33,933 bases of DNA from positions 3,327 through 37,259 of the forward strand of contig CAZHHV010000001.1 of NCBI GenBank assembly GCA_964532335.1, written 5' to 3'. Of this stretch, positions 24,498 to 30,587 are shown one piece after another; the stretch's first letter is position 1, and each line of letters opens with the position of its first letter. Both the position numbers and the translations under genes were made by a program. The notes beneath the pieces were generated by a model. That model saw nothing but the letters and a program-made list of their open reading frames with translations, was not told where the DNA came from and made no database searches. This stretch comes from an uncultured Nitrospiraceae bacterium (GTDB lineage: Bacteria > Nitrospirota > Thermodesulfovibrionia > Thermodesulfovibrionales > UBA1546).

Positions 24498-25945
24498 GCA
24501 TGGAGGAAAAAGAGGAGAAAAAAGAGGAAAAAAAACCAAAAAAGAGAGTAAAGATGAGGGAACAGGACCCTCTGGTGAGGGCGAGGAATTTTGATGAGGT
24601 TCCTTATGGATACACCCCGGATGATGCAGTTGAGGAGGCATCAAGATGCCTGCAGTGCAAGAAACCTGCCTGTAGAGAAGGGTGCCCTGTAGAGATAGAT
24701 ATACCGCCATTTATACAGCTTATCACCAAGCATGATTTCATTGGCGCTGCAAGAAATATCCGTGAAAAAAACAGCCTTCCTGCTGTTTGTGGAAGGGTAT
24801 GTCCACAGGAGATTCAATGTGAAGCCTTATGTATCTTAGGGAAAAAGGCAGAGTCTGTTGCCATAGGCAACCTTGAGCGATTTGCAGCAGACTATGACAG
24901 GGTTCATGGAAAGTTTGAGATGCCTGAGATGGCAGAGCCAAATGGCAGAAAGGTTGCTATTATCGGCTCAGGTCCTGCCGGATTGACAGCAGCAGGCGAC
25001 CTCAGAAAAAAGGGTTATGAGGTTGCTGTTTTTGAGGCGCTCCATGAACTGGGTGGTGTTCTTGTCTATGGCATCCCTGAGTTCAGACTTCCCAAGAAGA
25101 TTGTCAAGGCTGAAATATCATATCTTGAAAGGATAGGGGTAAGGTTTCAAACTAATGCAGTGATTGGAAAGCTCTATACAGTTGATGAACTATTGAACAG
25201 CCACGGATATGATGCCTGCTATATTGGAATAGGCGCAGGGTTGCCTATGTTTATGGGAATACCAGGAGAAAACCTAAACGGTATTTACTCTGCGAATGAA
25301 TTTTTAACAAGGGCAAATCTAATGAAGGCATATCTTTTCCCTGAGTATGATACACCGATAAAGAGAGGCAAAAAGGTTGCTGTATTCGGCGGCGGCAATG
25401 TCGCTATGGATGCTGCAAGGGTGGCCCTCAGACTTGGTGCAGATAAGGTCTATCTTATATACAGGCGTTCTGAGGCTGAGATGCCGGCAAGAAAGGCAGA
25501 AGTTCATCATGCACATGAGGAGGGAATAGAATTCTTGCTATTAACAAATCCAACAAGATTTATTGATGACGGCAAGGGGAATGTCTGTGGGGTTGAATGT
25601 ATAAAGATGGAATTAGGAGAGCCTGACGAATCCGGCAGAAGGAAACCGATTCCTATTAAAGGCAGTGAATTTCAGATTGAGATAGATGTTGCAATACCTG
25701 CACTCGGAACAAGGGCAAATCCAATTTTAACAAAAACCGTGCCTGATTTAAAATTAAACAAGAGGGGGTATATTGTAGCTGAAGAGGAAACAGGCATGAC
25801 CTCAAAACCAGGCGTCTTTGCAGGCGGAGATATAGTTACAGGCTCTGCAACGGTTATCCTGGCTATGGGCGCAGGAAGAAAGGCAGGAAGGGCGATTAAT
25901 GAATATATAAAATGGAAATACTGGAACTTTAGCATGAGTAAATGA
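24494..25945 (+). CDS. nfnB: NADH-dependent reduced ferredoxin:NADP+ oxidoreductase subunit B (GltD/SudA-like)
   Basis: The N-terminal motif NFDEVPYGYTPDDAVEEASRCLQCKKPAC..GCPV is present, along with a 2x[4Fe-4S] region and the dinucleotide folds KVAIIGSGPAGL and VAVFGGGNVAMD. It overlaps the nfnA stop (ATGA). Confidence 0.85.
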   Translation: MSMEEKEEKKEEKKPKKRVKMREQDPLVRARNFDEVPYGYTPDDAVEEASRCLQCKKPACREGCPVEIDIPPFIQLITKHDFIGAARNIREKNSLPAVCGRVCPQEIQCEALCILGKKAESVAIGNLERFAADYDRVHGKFEMPEMAEPNGRKVAIIGSGPAGLTAAGDLRKKGYEVAVFEALHELGGVLVYGIPEFRLPKKIVKAEISYLERIGVRFQTNAVIGKLYTVDELLNSHGYDACYIGIGAGLPMFMGIPGENLNGIYSANEFLTRANLMKAYLFPEYDTPIKRGKKVAVFGGGNVAMDAARVALRLGADKVYLIYRRSEAEMPARKAEVHHAHEEGIEFLLLTNPTRFIDDGKGNVCGVECIKMELGEPDESGRRKPIPIKGSEFQIEIDVAIPALGTRANPILTKTVPDLKLNKRGYIVAEEETGMTSKPGVFAGGDIVTGSATVILAMGAGRKAGRAINEYIKWKYWNFSMSK

Positions 25946-25975
25946 GTAATACAACTTTCGCAGATGATTTTTGGT

Positions 25976-26049
25976 TGTCATTCCGTGCTTGACACGGAAT
26001 CCAGTTCCACAATATATCCCTCTGGATTCCCGCTTTCGCGGGAATGACA
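25976..26049. repeat. GTCATTCC...GGAATGACA double-hairpin element downstream of nfnB (nested inside a perfect 12 bp outer IR, 25952-25963 / 26069-26080)
   Basis: The sequence is tgtcattccGTGcttgaCACggaatccag, then a spacer, then ctggattccCGCtttcGCGggaatgaca. The outer pair is caactttcgcag / ctgcgaaagttg. Confidence 0.85.
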
Positions 26050-26119
26050 GAAGGCGTTTTTAAAAGTGCTGCGAAAGTTGACTTATTGACTCAATTAAAA
26101 GAAGGGAGGAGTTATTTTT

Positions 26120-26989
26120 ATGGCAAATGCTACCAAAATTCTTGTTGTGGACGATGAAGCTATAGTAATAAGAAGCGCTGAAAGGGTTCTTAAGGCTGAA
26201 GGTTATAATGTTGAAGGGGTTCTTAGTGGAAGAGAGGCTATGCTCAAGATGGAACAGAGCAGTTATGACCTTGTCTTAACAGACCTTAAGATGCCAGAGG
26301 TGGATGGAATCACATTGATAAGATGGATGCGGAAATTCCGACCTTCTATCGGTATTGTAATCATTACAGGCTATCCATCACAGGAGACAATTAAAGAAGC
26401 CCTTGAATTAGGCATTATTGATTATGTCCCAAAACCCTTTACACCGGCAGTTCTGACAGATGTAACACACAGGGCATTAGAATGGCTGAAAGGAAAGGCA
26501 TACATTGAAGAAAAGCCTAAAGAGGAATTCCCTCCTTCTATGCTCAATGAACTGGACAGAGTCATAAAAGAACATAAAAATAAAGCCGGCAGCCTCATAC
26601 CTGTGCTTCAGCGGGCTCAGGAGATTGTAGGCTACCTTCCATCGTTTATACAGAAGCGAGTTGCAAAGGGACTGAATATTCCTGCAGCAGAGGTGCATAG
26701 CGTTGTCTCATTCTATTCATTCTTTACTATGAAACCCAGAGGGGAACACCTCATCAGGCTCTGTCTCGGGACTGCCTGTTATGCAAAAAAATCAGAGGCA
26801 ATTCTGGAGAAATTCATGTCAGAATTAGGTGTAAATGTTGAGGAGGTTACAGAGGATAAAAAGTTTTCACTTGAGACTGTCCGATGCCTTGGCGCATGCG
26901 GTCTCGCACCAGTGGCAGTAGTAGACGAAGATACCTATGGTTTACTGCATCCAAAGAAGGTAAGAGAGGTTATTAATGTATATAGATAA
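26120..26989 (+). CDS. Response-regulator receiver fused to a NuoE/HydC-like thioredoxin-fold [2Fe-2S] subunit
   Basis: The REC domain spans residues 1-125 (DD11-12, D55 in LTDLKMPEVDG, ITGY, K105 in PKPFTP). Residues 140-289 are NuoE-like (LIPVLQRAQE..GYLP) with C215-x4-C220-x35-C256-x3-C260. The SD is GGGAGGA. Confidence 0.85.
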   Translation: MANATKILVVDDEAIVIRSAERVLKAEGYNVEGVLSGREAMLKMEQSSYDLVLTDLKMPEVDGITLIRWMRKFRPSIGIVIITGYPSQETIKEALELGIIDYVPKPFTPAVLTDVTHRALEWLKGKAYIEEKPKEEFPPSMLNELDRVIKEHKNKAGSLIPVLQRAQEIVGYLPSFIQKRVAKGLNIPAAEVHSVVSFYSFFTMKPRGEHLIRLCLGTACYAKKSEAILEKFMSELGVNVEEVTEDKKFSLETVRCLGACGLAPVAVVDEDTYGLLHPKKVREVINVYR

Positions 26990-27003
26990 AGAGGAGGTAA
27001 ACT

Positions 27004-27387
27004 ATGCCAAGACTAACTATAGATGATTTAAGAAAGATTAAAGAACAACATAAGGCAACCTTTACCTTAAGGGAAGGCGGCTACAGGGCAAAAGTTACCG
27101 TCCATATGGGGACATGCGGCATAGCTGCCGGCGCAAGAAATATAATGACCGTTTTAATGGACGAAATAGCACAGGTCAAGGTTGAAGATGTGATTGTTAC
27201 TACATCAGGGTGTGCGGGACTTTGCGCCCGTGAACCCATGGCCACAGTAGAGATAGTAAATAATCCTCCGGTCAGATACATTGACCTGACAGAGGAAAAG
27301 ATTAAAGAGATATTTAAGGAACATATTATGGGTGGTAATGCAGTAGAAAAATATGCATTGGCTATTGGAAGTGAGACGACATATTAA
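27004..27387 (+). CDS. HndB-like small thioredoxin-fold [2Fe-2S] ferredoxin
   Basis: It is 127 aa with VTVHMGTCGIAAGA...TSGCAGLCAREP, the pattern seen in HndB / HydB-N-terminal-type domains. The SD is AGGAGG. Confidence 0.8.
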   Translation: MPRLTIDDLRKIKEQHKATFTLREGGYRAKVTVHMGTCGIAAGARNIMTVLMDEIAQVKVEDVIVTTSGCAGLCAREPMATVEIVNNPPVRYIDLTEEKIKEIFKEHIMGGNAVEKYALAIGSETTY

Positions 27388-27399
27388 CCCTTCCTCTTT

Positions 27400-27420
27400 C
27401 CTCCCCTTACTAAGGGGAGG
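27400..27420. repeat. CCTCCCCTTA-C-TAAGGGGAGG palindrome between the HndB-like and NuoF-GltD genes
   Basis: It is a perfect 10+1+10 palindrome embedded in a C/T-rich then G/A-rich context (27388-27440). It has the same CCCCTT...AAGGGG core as the element inside the gene at 3721-3762. Confidence 0.7.
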
Positions 27421-27446
27421 ATGGGTGGGGTAGAGGAGAGAAATTG

Positions 27447-30400
27447 ATGGAAAAGTTTCGTGCAAATGTGATGCTCTGTGCAGGGACAGGTTGTATTGCG
27501 AGCGGAACTATGAAGGTTAAGTCCGCCCTCGTGGAAGAATTGAGAAAGAGGGGGCTTGAAAATGAGATACAGGTTATCATGACAGGCTGTAATGGCTTCT
27601 GTGCACAAGGACCTATTGTGTCTGTCTACCCTGATAATATCTTTTACCAGGCATTAAAGGTAGAGGATGTCCCTCATCTGGTAGAAGAACATTTCTTAAA
27701 GGGCAGACCTGTAAAGAGATTGATGTATCAGGAACCAGACAAGAAAATAACTGTTCCAGCTATGGGTGAGATACCTTTCTTTAAACATCAGGTGCTTCGT
27801 GTCCTGCGAAATAAAGGACTCATTGATCCTGAAAAGATTGAAGAATACATTGCCAGGGATGGTTATCTTGCTGCTGCAAAGGCGCTCACTGAGATGACTC
27901 CTGAAGAAATAATAAAAGTTGTAAAAGACTCGGGTGTAAGGGGCAGAGGCGGCGCAGGGTTTCCGACGGGTTTAAAATGGGAATTTGCCTCAAAGTCAAA
28001 GGCAGACCAGAAATTTATGCTCTGCAATGGCGATGAGGGGGACCCTGGTGCGTTCATGGACAGGTCTGTTATGGAGTCTGACCCGCATTCAGTAATTGAA
28101 GGTATGATTATAGGCGCTAGTGCCATAGGCGCAAGCAAAGGCGTTATCTATGTAAGGGCGGAATATCCTCTTGCTGTAAAACGTCTTCAACTTGCTATTG
28201 ATCAGTGTTATGATGCAGGACTGCTCGGGAAAAACATCCTTGGCTCAGATTTTAATTTTGACCTCAGCATATACCTTGGTGCAGGCGCCTTTGTCTGTGG
28301 CGAAGAAACAGCCCTCATGCGTTCTATTGAAGGAAAACGCGGGATGCCAATACCAAGGCCGCCCTTCCCTGCACAAAAAGGGCTCTGGGATAAACCTTCA
28401 GTCCTGAATAATGTTGAAACCTTAGCCCAGATTGCTCCGATAATATTAAATGGCGCTGAATGGTATAAAAGCCTCGGGACCGAGAAAAGCACAGGAACAA
28501 AGGTATTTGCCCTTACAGGCGCTATAAGCAATGTAGGTCTGGTTGAAGTTCCTATGGGAATTCCCCTGAGGACAATTATATATGATATCGGAGGCGGGAT
28601 AAGAAAGGGGAAATTCAAGGCTGTACAGCTTGGAGGTCCGTCAGGCGGCTGTATTCCTGAAAGCCTTCTCGACACCCCTGTCACGTATGAAGATATTGTA
28701 GCAACAGGCGCCATTGTCGGCTCTGGCGGCATGGTCGTTCTGGATGACAGCAACTGCATGGTCAGTTTAGCTAGATTCTTCCTCGGCTTTACAACAGAGG
28801 AATCCTGCGGAAAGTGTCCTCCGTGCAGGGTAGGGACAAAGATTTTATTAGATATGCTTACGGATATCACAGAAGGCAGGGGAAAAGAGACTGATGTCGA
28901 GACGCTAGAGGACCTCAGTAGAGATATTATTGCCACATCTCTATGCGGCCTTGGACAGACAGCCCCGAATCCTATCCTTACTACAATTAAATATTTCAAA
29001 GATGAGTATGAAACTCATATCAAATATAAGAGATGTGAGGCAATGGTCTGCAAGGAGATAATATCATCTCCCTGTCAGCATACCTGCCCTATTGGCACAG
29101 AAGTGCCTGTCTATGCAGCCTTAATCGCCCAAAGACGCTTTGATGAGGCAGTTCAGGTTATTAGAAAAGACAATCCACTGGCAAGTGTCTGCGGCCGTGT
29201 CTGTACTCACCCCTGCGAATCCAATTGCAAATCAGGAGAGGCGGGAAAACCCCTTGCAGTAAGGGCACTGAAGCGATTTGCTACTGATTACGGGCTGCAA
29301 ACAGGCTACAAATTACCGATTAAACGCAAAGAGCCAAAAAATAAAAAGGTTGCCATTATAGGCTCAGGGCCAGGAGGGCTCACAGCAGGTTGCTTCCTTG
29401 CCATAGAAGGTTATGATGTTACAATCTTTGAGGCAAAGTCTGTTTTAGGTGGTATGCTGAGAGTAGCCATACCTACATATCGTTTGCCAAGAGAGCTGCT
29501 GGATGCTGATATTGACGCCATTAAAGAGGCAGGGGTTAAATTCCAAACAAATACAGCATTGGGGAAAGAAATCTCTATTAACAGCCTTTTCAATGATGGG
29601 TATGAAGCTATTTTTATCTCAGTCGGCGCCCATAAGCCGATGGACCTGGGCATCCCTGGTGAGGATAGCGAAGGGGTCATAGGCTCTTTGAAATTTCTTG
29701 AGGCAGTAAATCTGGGCAAAGATATAAAGGTTGGCAAAAGGATTGGTATTATCGGTGGGGGGAATGCTGCAGTTGACGCTGCCAGGGCTGCACATCGCCT
29801 TCCAAATACAGAGAAGGTTACACTTATCTACAGAAGGACAAGGGCAGAGATGCCGGCATTTAAAGAGGAAGTGGATGCTGCAATTGAAGAGGGTATTGAT
29901 ATACAGTTCCTGAGCGCACCAACAAGGGTATTAACACAAAATGGAAAACTTGCCGGCATTGAGGCTATCCGTATGGAATTAGGAGAACCAGATGCAAGCG
30001 GAAGAAGAAAACCTGTCCCTATTAGCGGTTCTGAATTTATCATAGAATTAGATACATTAATAAGGGCAATCGGGGAAGCTCCTGATATTACATTCCTTGG
30101 AGGTCAGGGACTTGAGATTTCTAAAAGGAATACCCTTGTAGTTGACCCTGAGACTTTAGCCACTAAAAGAAAAGGGGTCTTTGCCGGTGGAGATGCGGTG
30201 ACCGGTCCAAAAACCGTTATACATGCTATTGCAGCCGGTAAGTTAGCCGCTGAATCCATTGATAAATATCTCAGGGGGGAAAGCATAGAAAGGGAATACA
30301 ATGTAACCCGACCATCCATGTATATTGAACCGGTTGAGCTGACCGATGAGGAAATAGAGAGCGCTGCCCGGCCTGAGATGTCCCATCTGCCTATAAAAGA

Positions 30401-30587
30401 TAGGGTTAAGAACTTTAAAGAGGTGGAATTAGGTTTCACTGAAGAGACGGCAGTTAAAGAGGCAAGGAGATGCCTAAGATGTGAATTAGGAACGATGGAA
30501 GGCACACAAGCAATGCAGGAAATGCGAGAAAAGAAAAAAATCGAAAAAGAAAAATTACAGAAGGCAGGAGGAGTCAAAAATGATTGA
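27447..30587 (+). CDS. Fusion protein: N-terminal [2Fe-2S] domain plus NuoF/HydB-like FMN/NADH module plus GltD/NfnB-like Fe-S/FAD/NAD(P)H module
   Basis: Counting from the TTG at 27444: CAGTGC...GCNGFCAQGP lies in residues 10-57. GRGGAGFPTGLKW, CNGDEGDPGAF and ESCGKCPPCRVG lie in residues 165-462. From about residue 530 the GltD-like region begins, with CQHTCPIG...VCGRVCTHPCESNC, KVAIIGSGPGGL, IGIIGGGNAAVD and GVFAGGDAV. The ATG at 27447 has the SD GAGGAGAG upstream. Confidence 0.85.
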   Translation: MEKFRANVMLCAGTGCIASGTMKVKSALVEELRKRGLENEIQVIMTGCNGFCAQGPIVSVYPDNIFYQALKVEDVPHLVEEHFLKGRPVKRLMYQEPDKKITVPAMGEIPFFKHQVLRVLRNKGLIDPEKIEEYIARDGYLAAAKALTEMTPEEIIKVVKDSGVRGRGGAGFPTGLKWEFASKSKADQKFMLCNGDEGDPGAFMDRSVMESDPHSVIEGMIIGASAIGASKGVIYVRAEYPLAVKRLQLAIDQCYDAGLLGKNILGSDFNFDLSIYLGAGAFVCGEETALMRSIEGKRGMPIPRPPFPAQKGLWDKPSVLNNVETLAQIAPIILNGAEWYKSLGTEKSTGTKVFALTGAISNVGLVEVPMGIPLRTIIYDIGGGIRKGKFKAVQLGGPSGGCIPESLLDTPVTYEDIVATGAIVGSGGMVVLDDSNCMVSLARFFLGFTTEESCGKCPPCRVGTKILLDMLTDITEGRGKETDVETLEDLSRDIIATSLCGLGQTAPNPILTTIKYFKDEYETHIKYKRCEAMVCKEIISSPCQHTCPIGTEVPVYAALIAQRRFDEAVQVIRKDNPLASVCGRVCTHPCESNCKSGEAGKPLAVRALKRFATDYGLQTGYKLPIKRKEPKNKKVAIIGSGPGGLTAGCFLAIEGYDVTIFEAKSVLGGMLRVAIPTYRLPRELLDADIDAIKEAGVKFQTNTALGKEISINSLFNDGYEAIFISVGAHKPMDLGIPGEDSEGVIGSLKFLEAVNLGKDIKVGKRIGIIGGGNAAVDAARAAHRLPNTEKVTLIYRRTRAEMPAFKEEVDAAIEEGIDIQFLSAPTRVLTQNGKLAGIEAIRMELGEPDASGRRKPVPISGSEFIIELDTLIRAIGEAPDITFLGGQGLEISKRNTLVVDPETLATKRKGVFAGGDAVTGPKTVIHAIAAGKLAAESIDKYLRGESIEREYNVTRPSMYIEPVELTDEEIESAARPEMSHLPIKDRVKNFKEVELGFTEETAVKEARRCLRCELGTMEGTQAMQEMREKKKIEKEKLQKAGGVKND

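Noticed and set aside
24497-24550. A purine-rich low-complexity run at the start of nfnB (gaggaaaaagaggagaaaaaagaggaaaaaaaacc...) could be another repeat element.
   Set aside because: It simply encodes a Glu/Lys-rich N-terminal tail (EEKEEKKEEKKPKK). It has no palindromic partner and no similarity to the other repeat families.
6469-26049. The recurrent GTCATTCC...GGAATGAC repeats could be mistaken for a CRISPR array.
   Set aside because: The copies are separated by whole genes at irregular distances of 0.6-9 kb. Each copy is an internally palindromic double hairpin, and the arms vary between copies. There is no regular repeat-spacer periodicity and no cas genes.
28208-28999. There are long antisense ORFs here and elsewhere (for example 663-1214 minus, 15096-15584 plus, 16684-17019 plus, 30104-30577 minus, 21763-22239 minus).
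   Set aside because: Each lies opposite a gene with clear conserved motifs. They have low-complexity Ser/Pro/Arg-rich translations and no SD or family resemblance. They are shadow ORFs.
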